From assembly GCA_004431415.1 (NCBI GenBank), contig QPMI01000165.1, positions 192,196 to 256,195 on the forward strand: 64,000 nucleotides of DNA. Reading direction: 5' to 3'. Positions 24,701 through 36,545 of the stretch are shown in pieces (the first letter of the stretch is position 1; each line of letters starts with the position of its first letter). A program made the translations under genes and the position numbers. This stretch comes from Cyanophora paradoxa CCMP329. Lineage: Eukaryota > Plantae > Glaucophyta. The notes beneath the pieces were generated by a model. It was not told where the DNA came from and made no database searches. It saw nothing but the letters and a program-made list of their open reading frames with translations.

Positions 24701-25829
24701 GCCGGGGCGCTTACCCGGTCGACCGCTCGCAGGCTCGATATCGGCGAACTCGAATGGCATATGAAGAACACGGGCCTCGTCGAGGCGCTGGCGGCGCGCC
24801 CGCCCCGCGAGATCCTCCTGCTCAACTGCCCTGATGATGATGATGCCGCGGCGGGAGGCGGCGGACCGGGCGCAGCGGGCAGCTGATCCTGAGACTGGCT
24901 ATTCCGCTTCACACTGGAGCCGCCGCCTCCTCCGCCGGTGACCGGAGCGGCCGCGGCGGGCTGCTGACCCTTCGGCCTGGACTCGCCGACGCCTCCTCCG
25001 GTGGTGGCCGGAGCGGGAGGCGGAGCGGCAGCGTGCTGATTCGGTCGCTTCACAGGAGCGGCCGCAGCGAGCTGCTGGCGCAAGATCCAGAACCTGGGGC
25101 TGGATGTGCGGGCCTTGCCCAACGACCACCCGATCTTCGACTTCAGTGGGAGAGTGGGATTCTGGGAGACTGTCCGTGCTGCCCGTCAGAGCTTCGAGGA
25201 CTACTACAGGCCCAGGGGCCTGTGGACGCCCGCCTTCATCCAGAGCCGCATGCTGCAGAACCCTGCCGCCTGGTATTTCTGGGCGCGCGAAGATATGCCG
25301 TCGCGCCTCGGTCAAAACATGTTCGATCCACAATACGCAAGAGACATCAACGCCGGCAGCATCCTCTCGGACCCCGCCCTGATGTACCTCCCCGCCGACC
25401 TGACCGCCGTCGGGCAGGTCTGCCGCGCCTGGCGCGCCTGGCCGGGGGCCCGGGAGGAGCTCGCGGCGGCCGCCCTGAACGCCGCGCTGGGGCTCGGGCC
25501 TGAGGACCCCTGCCCCCTGGAGCCCTGGGCGCGGGCCGGCTACCCGGGCGGGCTCGAGGGGCCCTCCGGGACCTCGAGGGCCGCCCCGGCCAGCCGAGCG
25601 CCTCCCTCCTCCGCATCCGCCACCTCCTGTGGGAGGAGGGGGCAGCCTGCCCGGCGGCGGCGCCCTGCGCTACCCGATCCGGGCCGCGTCGGCGGCGGAG
25701 GCGAACGCCGCCGTCGAGGCCGAGGTGGCGCGCTTCGTCGCGGCGGGGGACGCTGTCGAGTCCGGGCTGCTCACGGGCACCGGCGCCGGGACGGCCCTGG
25801 GCCTCGCCGCCGCGTGGCAGCTGACCACG

Positions 25830-26007
25830 CGCGGCCCCGTCGGGCGCCCTATCGTCCGTTTCATGTACTACCCCGACCAGGAGGACGAGGTCTCCCTCGA
25901 CGGGTCCCCGTCGGATCCGGAGTAGCGTAGGCGCATGTCATTGTTAATGCAGTCCAGCAGTGCGCGTACTGGTCGCCGCGCGTCCGGGCAGTCGTCGGAT
26001 TTCTGCA
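25830..26007. repeat. 178-bp exact copy (inverted) of 42804-42981
   Basis: Base-by-base reverse-complement identity. Confidence 0.95.
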
Positions 26008-26526
26008 GTCCCACTCTAGTGGAGGCCGCCGCCGCCATGGCCCTCAGCTCTGATGCCTGCCCTGCCCCGCCTGTGCATGTTCGCATGCTGCTGCTTCTAT
26101 ATAGGCTGAACTGCCTCCGCTTGTGAGAACATGATTCTAATGCACTCCACTGCACGCCGCCCGCCCCCCCCCCACCGCCCTCCACACCGCCCCACTCAGC
26201 CCACCCAGCCCCGCGGCCCTCCCCCCTACCCTCCCCTACCCCTCCCCCGGGCCCCTCCCCCCCTACCCGCCCAACCGCTATGAACCACTTTCACAGCTGG
26301 GAACCGGTTGTGCTTTCCGAAGGCATCTGCAGCCTTAAGAGACGACCGCCGAGTCTGCTGTGGGAGGAAGCATAGTAATTCACGATGGGGGCCGCGGTCT
26401 CCTGGAACAGGACCACGCCGTAGTGGTACGCCCAGTACGCGGGGTCCCCCGCTGAGTAGGGGTTAACGGGCCCGTCGCCTCCGCGGCCACCGCCGCCGCC
26501 GCCGCGGTCCAGCAGGCGCTGATAGC

Positions 26527-27188
26527 CGTTGGGGGGTACCCTGGGGGTGACCGGGGCGACCACCCTTGCGAACGCCTCAGTGGGGGGCACGCTTGGGGTG
26601 ACGGGGAACACCACGCTGAGCACCCTTGGGGTGACGGGGGCCACCACGTTGGGGGGTACCCTTGGCGTGACCGGCGCGACCACCCTGGCGAACGCTTCGG
26701 TGGGGGGCACGCTTGGGGTGACGGGGGCCACGACGCTGGCCGGCACATCGGTCGGGGGTGCGCTCGGGGTGACAGGGAACACCACGTTGGGGGGTACCCT
26801 TGGCGTGACCGGGGCGACCACCCTGGCGAACGCCTCGGTGGGGGGCACGCTTGGGGTGACGGGGGCCACGACGCTGGCGGGCACCTCGGTGGGGGGTACG
26901 CTCGGGGTCACAGGGAACACCACGTTGGGGGGTACCCTTGGCGTGACAGGGGCGACCACGCTGGCAAACGCTTCGGTGGGGGGAACGCTAGGGGTGACCG
27001 GAAACACGACACTGAGCACGCTCGGGGTGACGGGGGCCTCGACACTAGCCGACACCTCGGTGGGGGGTACGCTGGGGGTGACAGGGTCGACGACGCTGGG
27101 GGGTAGCCTGAGCGTGACAGGGTCAACTACGCTGTCGGGTGGTCTCCAGTCCACAAACGTTTCCAATGCCACTGACGTGACAAGTGGC
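26527..27188 (+). pseudogene. Fibre protein repeat segment (GGTLGVTGATTLANASV repeats)
   Basis: Tandem degenerate 11-17 aa repeats, synonymously diverged. Confidence 0.85.
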
Positions 27189-27698
27189 TGGTGCTCGCCG
27201 GAGCTGGCAGCGGCCCGGCTCCCCCGCCTCCTCGCGTGCGCGGGATTGCCAGCGCGGTCGGTCGGTGCCCCCGGTCCGGCCGTCGTCGGCCCGGGGGGCG
27301 TGATCGACCTCGTTCTCGCCGCGGATGCCGCCCAGCTCGCGGTGTTCGGCGGCGAAGAGCCCGGGAACCCGTACGCGACCGCACAGTGCCTCGCCGAGTT
27401 TGCGGCCGCCGCGGGCCTGGACCCCCGCGCCATCGAGGCCCGCCTGCGCCGCGCCGGCAAGGGCGGGGCACCCGGCAGCAGCACGCCGGGGTCGGTGTCC
27501 CCTGCAACCACGGCGACGACCCCATCCCCGCTTGCTTCTGGCGGCCCTGGCGCGCCCCCCACGCCTTCTCCCCGCTCCGCCTCCCGAGCGCGGCCGCGGC
27601 GGCTTCGTCGTGCCTGGTCCCGCGAACGCCGCCCCCGAGGCGCCCCCCCCGCTCGTCGCTCGCCATGTGGGTGGCGCCGGTCGGACGGACCGGGCCTG

Positions 27699-30600
27699 CT
27701 AGAACCTGTACCCCCTCCGAGCGCCCCCCCGCCCTCCTAGACGGCTTCCTCGGCGGTGCATACCCCCCTCCGGCTCGGGCCGCCACGCAGCCACCGGCGG
27801 CGGCGGGCGAAGGGGCGGCGGCGGCGGCGGCTCGGCTCGCCAGGCGGCCGGCGACGGCGGGCCAGGGGGCACCGGCTGCGGCTCGGCTCGCCACGCGGCC
27901 ACCGGCGCCGGCGGCGCCGGCGGGCGCTGTGCGGGCGGTGCCGGGCCCCGCCCCGCCGGTGGGCGAAGAAGGGGCGGCGCCGGGGCCGGCGCCGGGGGCG
28001 CCCCCATGCTGTACCCCATGTACACCCTCCCGAGCGCCGCCTCGAGGTCGTCCAGGGTCCACGGCCGGCCCGGCCGCCGCCTGAGGAAGTGCCTGATGTT
28101 GGCGTCTTCCAGCGCCCCGGGCCCGCCCCCCAGCCGGTCCATGCAGTGGTCCGGCGGCATCAGCGAGTTCGACGCCGACGCGAGCGGCCTCAGGTGGTCG
28201 GCCCGCACCCGGCAGTGGACCGCAGTTTGGCCCTGGCCGTACATCGTCTGGCCCCTGGCGATGATGTCGGCCGCGAGCGAGGCCAGGCCGATCACGTCGA
28301 ACTCCTCGTCGCACCGCATGCAGGGGGTGCGCGGGCGGTCGGGGACGTGCTCAAGGTGGGCCCCGGCTCCGGCCCCGCCGGCTGTGTTCGCCTTGGCGAT
28401 CTCCTCGGCCACGCACTCGTGGGGCAGGAACGCGCCCCTCGTCGGGGGCTCGCTGCCGGGGTCGAGCGCCCCGCGGAGGCGCCCCGGCAGCTTGCTGTCG
28501 CCGCCGCCTCCGGATGCGTTCTTCAGCGCGCCGCCGCCAAAGTCAAGGAGGACGAGCCTGCGCGCCGCCTCGAGGGGGTTCTCGTTGATGTTCAGGGGGG
28601 CGTACTGCCCCGGCCGCGGAGGGAGGGGCCGGATCCCCACGTTCTCGAGCTTGAGGTCGCAGTGGGTGAAGCCGGCCAGGTGCAGGGCGCGGACGGCGGG
28701 GATGAGGCGCAGGACCGCCGCCAGGGCGAAGAAGACGAGGTTCCCGTGCTCCACGCGCACCCTGCCCCCCTTGATGGCATCCATCTCCTTCTTGAGGTCC
28801 GCGCCCTCTTGGTCGTCCCCCGGCCTCCTGCCCGGCGCCAGCTGCAGGAGCTCGGAGATCACGCAGGGGGCGGGCGCCCCCCTGCCCTGGTTGTTCGCGC
28901 CCCACCCGATGCGCGACGGGCGCTCCAGGGTCCAGCCGAGGGTATTCGGGAGGGCGGGGGCCGCCCTGCGGGAACCGCCGCCGCCGATCAGCTCGCGGGC
29001 CCACGGCTTCCCCGCGGCGAGGTCGGCGTCCTCGATCCGAATGAGCGCGTTGAAGGCGGCCATCGCCCCCGCCAGCTCGAAGATCGCGTCCCGTGCCCCC
29101 GCCTCGGGGTCGTACGGGAGCTTGACGGCGACTCTCCGGGGGCCGTATTCCGCCACGCAAACCTGGGCGTTCTTCCCCCTGCCCAGCTCCTGGTTGAAAT
29201 CGATCCGGATGCTCCCGGGGTTCACGTACAGGGACCCCTGCCCCAGCTGGGCGAGGGCGTTCCCGATGGGCGTGCCCCGGACCCCGGGAGCCTCCGAAAC
29301 GAGCCTCCACCAGCCCATGCAGTCCTTCGCAGTGACGGGTTCCTTGACGTAGTCGCGGGTACGACCGCCGGCCCCGAACAGCCGGCCCACGCCGGACGCG
29401 AACGGAATGCGGAAAGACGCCGCGGGTGTGGTCGGGCTCGGGCGCCTGCTCATCTCCACGGGCCCAACTGGGCGTGCCGCCACTGGGCGCCTGCTCGTCG
29501 ATCTCTCCAGGCCTTGGGGCGCGACTGTGCGAGCTGTCGCACGCGGATCGCCCGCGGCGGTACTCCCGCTCCTGATCCAGGGGTGGTTCTCCATGGCCCG
29601 GAGCGTGCGCGTCCGCCCTCTGTCGCTCGTGTACATGAGGAAGTCGTACAGGAACTTCTGCAGCGCCGGAGAGGCCTCCCCACGGGTGCACTTCGAAGGG
29701 TCTTGCTGTCCCATGCCCAGGGAGGGCGGACTGAGGCGAATGCCAAACAGCATTGCCATCGTTAACGAGCACGTCGGGGAAACGCCGGCGATCCTCCCGT
29801 CGGGGTGGATATCAGTAGGCTCCCATAATGGCACGCCCGCCGGCAGTGTCAGCCCGAGAACGATCGCTGCGATCTGGTACACGAGCCTTGCCTCGTCGCA
29901 TTGGCAGTCGGGGGCCGAGTGGCCGTAGGTAGGTCTCCCGTCCGGGTAGAACATGCACTCGGGGTTGACGAGGGTCGTGGCGTAGTCCGTGCTGTGTTCG
30001 CCATTGATGCCACGTATCCACACGTCCCCAAAATCTATAAGGACCGGCGTCATCGTGGAAGCCGAGCGGCGGAGCCCAATGTTCATTGTCTTGAGATCAC
30101 AGTGCCGGATGCCGCCGTCGCCGTGGGCCGCTCCCAGGAGCCGGCAGCCCTCTACGAGCTGGAGCACTATCCGCTTGAGCTCCTCCTCAGACAATCGACG
30201 AGCCCCCTGGCGCGGTTTTCCGTCGTTTTCCGTCGGTCGCAGGTCATGAAGTGTACCGTAAAGCCTCTCCATGACTATGGCAGGGGACGGGTCCGCGCCA
30301 AAGGTGGTGTAACCCAGAACCCGCATGATGGGGGCCGCGTCCCCCCGGTCAAGTGCAGCGGCATGTGCAGCCAGCGGAACGCACAGCTCGCGGACGACAT
30401 CAATGCCTACAGCTGGGGCCACGGAATTATAACTGGATGCCGCAGCCGGGGCAACGGACCCAGCCCCGCGACCCGCCTGGCGCTCGGGCGGTTTGGCTTG
30501 CTTCACAGCCACTTCCTGCCCCTGGTACGTCCCCAGCACGACTTTCCCAAATGATCCCGTGCCTAGCACGTTTTTTGCAAACACCCGGACCTTGTTCGAA

Positions 30601-30737
30601 TCCAGCCTGAAACCTCCCTCCAGGACCTTCATTAGCACCCCGACTAGGTGTGAGTTCTCCGCCGTGAACCCGGCGGCCTTCAGCCTAGCGTATGCCACCT
30701 CGCACTGGGCGCGGACAAGGGGCGGCACAGGGTCCAT
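27699..30737 (-). CDS. Ser/Thr protein kinase with two kinase domains, 1012 aa, apparently intact
   Basis: Domain 1: GTGSFGKV, VAVK, HCDLK..N, DFG. Domain 2: GRGKNAQV, VAVK, HCDLKLEN, DFG. Pro-rich tail. Confidence 0.9.
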   Translation of the reverse strand: MDPVPPLVRAQCEVAYARLKAAGFTAENSHLVGVLMKVLEGGFRLDSNKVRVFAKNVLGTGSFGKVVLGTYQGQEVAVKQAKPPERQAGRGAGSVAPAAASSYNSVAPAVGIDVVRELCVPLAAHAAALDRGDAAPIMRVLGYTTFGADPSPAIVMERLYGTLHDLRPTENDGKPRQGARRLSEEELKRIVLQLVEGCRLLGAAHGDGGIRHCDLKTMNIGLRRSASTMTPVLIDFGDVWIRGINGEHSTDYATTLVNPECMFYPDGRPTYGHSAPDCQCDEARLVYQIAAIVLGLTLPAGVPLWEPTDIHPDGRIAGVSPTCSLTMAMLFGIRLSPPSLGMGQQDPSKCTRGEASPALQKFLYDFLMYTSDRGRTRTLRAMENHPWIRSGSTAAGDPRATARTVAPQGLERSTSRRPVAARPVGPVEMSRRPSPTTPAASFRIPFASGVGRLFGAGGRTRDYVKEPVTAKDCMGWWRLVSEAPGVRGTPIGNALAQLGQGSLYVNPGSIRIDFNQELGRGKNAQVCVAEYGPRRVAVKLPYDPEAGARDAIFELAGAMAAFNALIRIEDADLAAGKPWARELIGGGGSRRAAPALPNTLGWTLERPSRIGWGANNQGRGAPAPCVISELLQLAPGRRPGDDQEGADLKKEMDAIKGGRVRVEHGNLVFFALAAVLRLIPAVRALHLAGFTHCDLKLENVGIRPLPPRPGQYAPLNINENPLEAARRLVLLDFGGGALKNASGGGGDSKLPGRLRGALDPGSEPPTRGAFLPHECVAEEIAKANTAGGAGAGAHLEHVPDRPRTPCMRCDEEFDVIGLASLAADIIARGQTMYGQGQTAVHCRVRADHLRPLASASNSLMPPDHCMDRLGGGPGALEDANIRHFLRRRPGRPWTLDDLEAALGRVYMGYSMGAPPAPAPAPPLLRPPAGRGPAPPAQRPPAPPAPVAAWRAEPQPVPPGPPSPAAWRAEPPPPPPLRPPPPVAAWRPEPEGGMHRRGSRLGGRGGARRGYRF

Positions 30738-31387
30738 TGGACGTCTTTCACCACATCACACATGGAAAAAATTAGCCTAGCTGCCGGGCCCGCCCCACGA
30801 CGAGGGCCCGCGGCCCCGCGATGCGGCGCACGGCCGCGAGCGTCGGCGCGTCCGCGCCATCGGCCGAGAAGACGACGAGGGCCGCCGCCGGCCCCGCGCG
30901 TCGGCCTCCTCGGCCGCCCGCTGCACCCGCCGGAACGCCCGCTCCCCGCCCACGAGGGCGCCCTCCGTCCACTCCTCCAGCAGCCGTGCGCGGCCCCCGG
31001 GCCCCGGGATGTAGAACGTGATCGCCTGGAGCTCCGGATTCTCCTCCATGAACCGCACCACCGACTCGCCGTCGGGGTCGGCGCCGCCGTGCCACCAGCA
31101 GTTGCGGAACTCCAGGTGCGTGGCCCCCCTCATGAAGGGAGGGAACGGAGAGGCACGCGTTCCGTGCGGTGAGCCCCACGGCGTGGCGCACCAGGCTGTT
31201 CAGCACGCCGGTCACCTCCCTGACCTGGTCCTCGAGGGCGCGGAGGCGAACAAGCGTGTCGGGCGAGGCAGACATGGTTTATATATGCGAGCGTAGGATG
31301 GGATGGGGCGAGAACATTTCGCGGCCCGCGCGTCCGCACCTGCGCCGGGAAAGTCGGGGTTTGGAAGTGCATACGGCGGCGATATCG

Positions 31388-31627
31388 ATGCCAACGAGCT
31401 ACCACCCCGAGCTCGGGCTCCACCCGGCGACCGCCCGCCTGCTGGCCCTGCCTCCCCGCCCCGAGCAGGGCACGGCCGGCTGGCTGCAGCAGCGGGAGGG
31501 CATGCTCACCGCCAGCGACATCCCGGCCGCCCTCGGGGAAAACCCCTACCAGTCCCCAGCCGCCCTCATCCGCCGCAAGCTGGGCCTGGACCCCCCCTTC
31601 GAGGGCAACTTCCTGACGCGCTGGGGT
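31388..31627 (+). pseudogene. YqaJ-like viral recombinase/lambda exonuclease N-terminal piece
   Basis: EQGTAGWLQQR..MLTASD...LGENPY...TRWG. Confidence 0.85.
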
Positions 31628-31775
31628 TGTTCGCCGTCATGTAGGTGAGGATCGCAGCCTCCAGCTCCTTTCGCTGGCCCCGGATCGGCTTCGTGCGGCT
31701 GCTCGCCGCCCGCAACTGGTCGTCCAGGATCGTGAACTCCCGGATGTTCTCCCCGAACGTCTGTGGGTCCTCCAT
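31626..31775 (-). pseudogene. DUF5760-like NCLDV protein N-terminal piece
   Basis: FGENIREFTILDDQL...RKELEAAILTYMTANN; abuts the YqaJ piece head-on. Confidence 0.7.
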
Positions 31776-32139
31776 GCTTGTCTTCGCCGCTGGCCTCCGC
31801 CGTGCTGGCCGCTTTCGGGCGCCGTGCTCACTTAACTCTGATGCTTCCACAATTTCTGGGCTCACTGTGCCGCGGGGGGGATGGCGCCGATGAAGGAGGT
31901 TGGGTTGACAGGGACGCTCACCGTCGGACGGAGGCCGAGGTTCCAGTTGGCGACCTCCTTGTTCGGGGGCGGGATCGTCACCTGCCGCCGCGGGTCGTCC
32001 GCCCGGCCGAGGAAGTTGCTGGCGATACGCCCGGCGACGGCCTCGAGCGCCGACGAGGCGCCAGCCCCGGGGGCTACACCCGGTGCCTGCTGCAGGAAGC
32101 GGCCCTGCTGGAAGGCGTGGCCAGCCGAACCCCAGCCTG

Positions 32140-32225
32140 CGCCGCTCTGTCCGCTGGCTGGGGCTCTTCCACGACCTCGAGAGCGCGGCGCGGGCGGCGC
32201 TTGACCACATGCGGGCGCGGGGCGA
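32140..32225 (+). pseudogene. AP2-like DNA-binding domain fragment
   Basis: RWLGLFHDLESAARA. Confidence 0.4.
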
Positions 32226-32423
32226 CCCCCGCCAGCGCCGGATCCCGAGCCCCGGGGCCCTCTGCCGCAGGCCGCGGCGCGGGATGGGCCGCTGGTCCGG
32301 TCACATGCCGCTTTCGCCCGGCGCGCGGCGGCGGCGGCGGCGGCAGCAGCAGCAGCGGCGGCAGCGGGAGCGCGAGGCGGCGGAGGAGGACGGTGCAGGC
32401 GCCGTGCAATGAATTACACATGC

Positions 32424-33064
32424 CTAAACTGGGTGCTCGTTGAAGCGGGGCGGCGTGCGGACTAGGAACACGGGCGGGTCCTGCCTGGCCCTCTTCCGCG
32501 GCCTCGGCGCCGCCTCCTCCCCCTCCGCGACGGCCGCCGCCGGCCGCAGGGCCGCCGCGCGGATCTCGTTGGTCGCCTCCCCCCACTTGTAGTAGACGCT
32601 GCCCCCGAAGCGGCGCGCCACGGCCCGCGTGCTCTCGTTGAAGAAATCCCTCAGCGATGCGACCTCGCCGGCCCAGCGCCGGAGCTCGGCGATCCAGAGG
32701 GGGAGCGCCTGCTTGGGGGGGCCCGCGATGCGCACGGCGAGCAGGTTGTTGAGCAGGTCGATGCCGCACGCCACGAGCATCTGCATGACCTGCACGCGGG
32801 CCCGCACGCGCTCCCGCCTCCGCTCCCGCATCAGCACCAGGGACTTGAAGCGTTCCTCGGTGAGCTCCTTGGTGAGGTACTTGAGGCGGATGTCCTCGTT
32901 CGAGCGGGGGTTGTACGCCGCGACGTTGGCCGCCGCCCCCTCGATCTCCACGCGCTGGACGTGCACGACGAGGCGGTGCAGCTCCGTCACGGGGCGGACG
33001 GCCTCGTGGACGTGCGGCGGGCCCCCCGAGTCCACGATGTGGGCCACGATGTCCGCAAGGCGCG
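32424..33064 (-). pseudogene. NCLDV RBR (Ariadne-like) E3 ligase, C-terminal piece
   Basis: NEDIRLKYLTKELTEERFKSLVLMRERRRE matches the NxDLRxxYLxxEIxExxFK tail of this family. Confidence 0.75.
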
Positions 33065-33439
33065 AGCTCCGCCTCGGCCCCGCCCCGGGCCCCCGGCTCC
33101 GGCTCCGGCGCCGGTGGGGGCTCGGGGGCCTTGAGGCGCCCCCGCCGCCGACCGCGCCGAGGGCCTCGCGCGCCGCGCCGGCGAGGCTCATCCACGCGTC
33201 GGGCGGGGCCGGCGCGGCGCTGGCGGCGAGCTCGTCTGGCCGGAAGTCTTCGTCGACCAGCCGACGGCGCTCAAGATGCGCGCGGGGCTCGTGCACCGGC
33301 TGGTCGAGCGCCTCGGCGAGCGCCCCAGCGGGCACAGCACCGTGCGCGAGGTGCTGGACGCCTCGGTCTACATCGGCAACGGCCTGCGCATGCTCGAGTC
33401 GGACAAGTTCTCGCCGCGGCGGGGATGATGGCGGGGTAG

Positions 33440-33640
33440 GCGCCAGGGGCCCTTGGCTCCAGGAACTCGGCGTCCACGATGGCAAGGTCGCAGCCCCGCG
33501 CCTTGCGGACCATCTCTGCGTGCCGGGGCCTCGAGTACCGGAAGTCCCCCGTGTGGAGCACGCGGCGCCCATCGTTGGACTCGAAGAGCAGGCACACCGC
33601 CCCCGCGCAGTGGTTGGCGTCGAAGGCGTGCACCTGGTGC
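33440..33640 (-). pseudogene. SNM1/Artemis-type metallo-beta-lactamase nuclease internal piece
   Basis: DANHCAGAVCLLF...LHTGDFR...IVD. Confidence 0.85.
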
Positions 33641-34286
33641 GCCCCCCTCGCCTCGCGCACGTCCGCAACGATCTCCCGCACGCACGAGTCCACGTAGCCG
33701 GCCGGCGGCTGGCCGGCGAGCTTTCCCGCTGCCTCGTGCAGCGCGCGGCGCACGAGCTGGTGGAGCAACGCGAGGTCGCCGAGGGGCGCCCCGTCGAGCT
33801 CGCGGGCCGCGGCCTCCTCGAAGCCGGCCCGCGAGGCCCCCGGGCGGAAGAGGGCGGCGAAGAGTGCGCGGAGGGAGGCGAGGCAGCGCGCGGCGGCGCG
33901 GCCCTCGACGCCCGAGGCCTCCTCGAGGCCGCGCGCGAGGCGGCGCGCCCGCGCAAGGGCCCCCGCGGCGCGCGAGGCCGCCGCGACCGGCAGGACGCCG
34001 GCCTCCAGCACGAGGCCCAGCACGAAGGCGTCGACCTCGGTGTAGTACGCACGGTTGCGGCCCTCGGCCGCCGCCGCGAGGAGCGGCTGGAGGACCCCCT
34101 GGGCAGTCTCCAGGAGCTCCTCCTGGGAGCCCCCGGCGGCGAGGGCGGCGGCGGCGGCGGCCGGAACCGGCACCTCGACGAGCTGGCCCGTCGCGGGGAG
34201 GCTGGCCGTCAGCACGCGCATCTGGGTTCGTCCATTCGGGGCGGGGTTTTTTGTGCGGCCTTTCCAGACGAGAGCAGGGAGGGCCG

Positions 34287-34342
34287 ATGTCCGCCTCCAA
34301 GGCCTTCAACGCCATGCTGGAGAGCTTCCTCGAGGAGCTCGG
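34287..34342 (+). pseudogene. N-terminal ~19 aa of a conserved phycodnavirus-type protein
   Basis: MSASKAFNAMLESFLEEL resembles the M..AFN.M..FL.EL start; very short. Confidence 0.4.
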
Positions 34343-36224
34343 CAACGGCGGATGTGCATGCGCACAACACACCCCAATGCCTCCACCCGTTACGAGAGAT
34401 ATATATATATATATATATATCGATTTATCGGCTTCGAGGAGCCAGCGGATGGGGGGGGCGGGTGCGGGTGCGGGCATGAACGGAGCGGGAGGCGCGAAGA
34501 TCCGGAATCCCTGCTCCGGGCGTGCCGCTCCAGTGAGGAGATCAAATTGCACACGCGCCACACGTACCCCCCCCCACGCACACACACACGACAGCAGAAG
34601 ATGACCGTCACCACGCGCAGTGGCGGCGGTGGCGGCCGCAAGCGCCAGGCGACCGAGCAGGAGCAGGTCGCCGGTCTGGAGCAGCCGCAGCGGCAGCCGC
34701 AGCAAGAGCTCGAGCAGCGGCCGGCGGCCGAGGAACAGCACATCGAGAAGCACCGCGACTCCTTCACGGTGAACTCCGCCTTGGCGTAGTCGCCTTGAGA
34801 GGGGGGGTCGGGTCGCGAGCGATGTTGCTCGATGCACGTCTGCGACCTCTGCGTCAGCGAGCCGGGCCCCATCGGCGAGCGGGCCGCCCTCCTCATCGGG
34901 ACCCCGTCGCCGGCCGCGTCGCCCCCCGCGCCCCTCCTCATCCCCCTCGTCTACATGGAGCCGGCGGGGGCCGGCGCCGGGATGCCCGACGAGGACCCCG
35001 AGTTCATCCGGCTCACGGTGCACGTCCTCGACGCCTCCCGCCCGCCGCTCGTGCGCGCCGTGCGCGCCGCCCGCTCGCCCCACAACTACGCCAGCAGCTT
35101 CGACCTGCGGGCGGCCGCCGTGCTCGCCTCGGGGGACGCCGTGCTCGCGGCCGGCCGCAGCGAGGACGACAAGCTCGTCGTGTGCACGTGCGACTGGAGG
35201 GGGCCGGGGGGGGAGGCGCGCTGGGACTTCCTCCGCATCAACGTCGACCTGCTGGAGGAGCCCGACTGGGCGGGCGGCGCGGGGGACTCGCCCTACGACG
35301 CCCCGCCCCGGTTCCACATCATGCCCCACGCCGCGGGGGCGCACGCCGTGGTGCGCGTCTCCTCCCCGCGCTGGGACCCCTGGGCGGCCTCCGAGGAGGG
35401 GGCGCCCTCGGCCGAGGTCCAGTACTTCCTCGTCCGCATCACGCCCGCCGGGCGGGTCGAGGTGCACACGCACGCCGACCATCGCGCACGTGCACACGCA
35501 GCTGTTGCGTTGAGGCGCTGGAAAAAACGCGCCTACCCCCCCCCCTCCCCCGTTCAGGGTGACGTTTGGGCCGGGGGGGGGGTCCGTTTTGCCATTTGCA
35601 AAATCCAGTTTACACCCCAACCGAAACTCTATAGCTAAGGCGATACGCAGCCGGGGCTCTTCTTCCGCGGCCTGCCTCGCCGCCTTTTCGCCTTGTGCTC
35701 GATCTCCCCCCTCCCGGGCGAGTGGGCCCACTCCTGGCGCCTTTTGTGACTCTCCTGGTCGATCTCTTGCCGTGTACGGCGGGGCCGCTTCGGGGGCGTC
35801 GTCGCGGCCCGCCACACTTCAGGCAAGTGGGCGTCGTCGTCTCAGGGCCGCCGCCTGCAGCCGCCGGGTCCTCCCCGCCCCTTGCTCGCCGGATCGACTC
35901 GTCCAGCCGCCTACAGTCGCCGCAGATCACTTTCGAGATGTACGGCGACCCGCAGCGAGATGTCGGACATCCACAGCAGACTCGGCGGTCGTCTCTTAAG
36001 GCGCCCTGCGCACCTTGTGCATGCCGCAGAGGGCGCATGCTGGCATCGGCGCCATGTGTGCGTGTGCACACACACGGATTACCATATACCACAGAAATCC
36101 GCCAGAGCGGCTCAACCGCACAGGAGGGGGAGGGGGGGCGATTTGCGGCCCACTCCAGTTTAGACCCCTACCGAAGTTGTAGGTCGGCAAGGGTACCCCC
36201 CCCCCCCTACTCACCCTAGGGCCC

Positions 36225-36545
36225 CTAGGCAACCAGCGGCAGGCAGCTGGAATCCGTCTGCGGGATACAGCCGACGCAGGCGCCTCCCGCGCTCTCCTCC
36301 TCGGGGGTTGAGCATACATAGATCCCCAGCGGGCACAACGTGGCAGATGTGCCCGGAGGGCAAGATCCACACACGCGCTCGTACCCCAGCTGAAACTCCC
36401 CCGGGGGGCACCCTGTCACTATGCACGCGACTCTGGGGTCGATGAGCTTGTCCCAGCGCGCAGAGACGAGACCGTCCTGGCCCACCGGGCCTGTACAGGA
36501 CCCGCATGCATCGAGCACGCCGCCCCCTTTGCATGGCTGCGGGCC
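36225..36545 (-). pseudogene. Cys-rich repeat protein C-terminal piece
   Basis: DACGSC...TGCPPG...CGSCPPG. Confidence 0.55.

Noticed and set aside
26140-26280. Telomere-like C-rich tract
   Set aside because: Irregular CCCTACCC/C-runs with no fixed unit; at most G-quadruplex-prone low-complexity DNA
26527-27188. CRISPR-like array
   Set aside because: The repeats are degenerate, in-frame protein repeats without unique spacers; no cas genes
33368-35815. Long Arg/Gly/Pro-rich ORFs in alternative frames throughout the window
   Set aside because: Shadow ORFs expected at this GC content; no motifs
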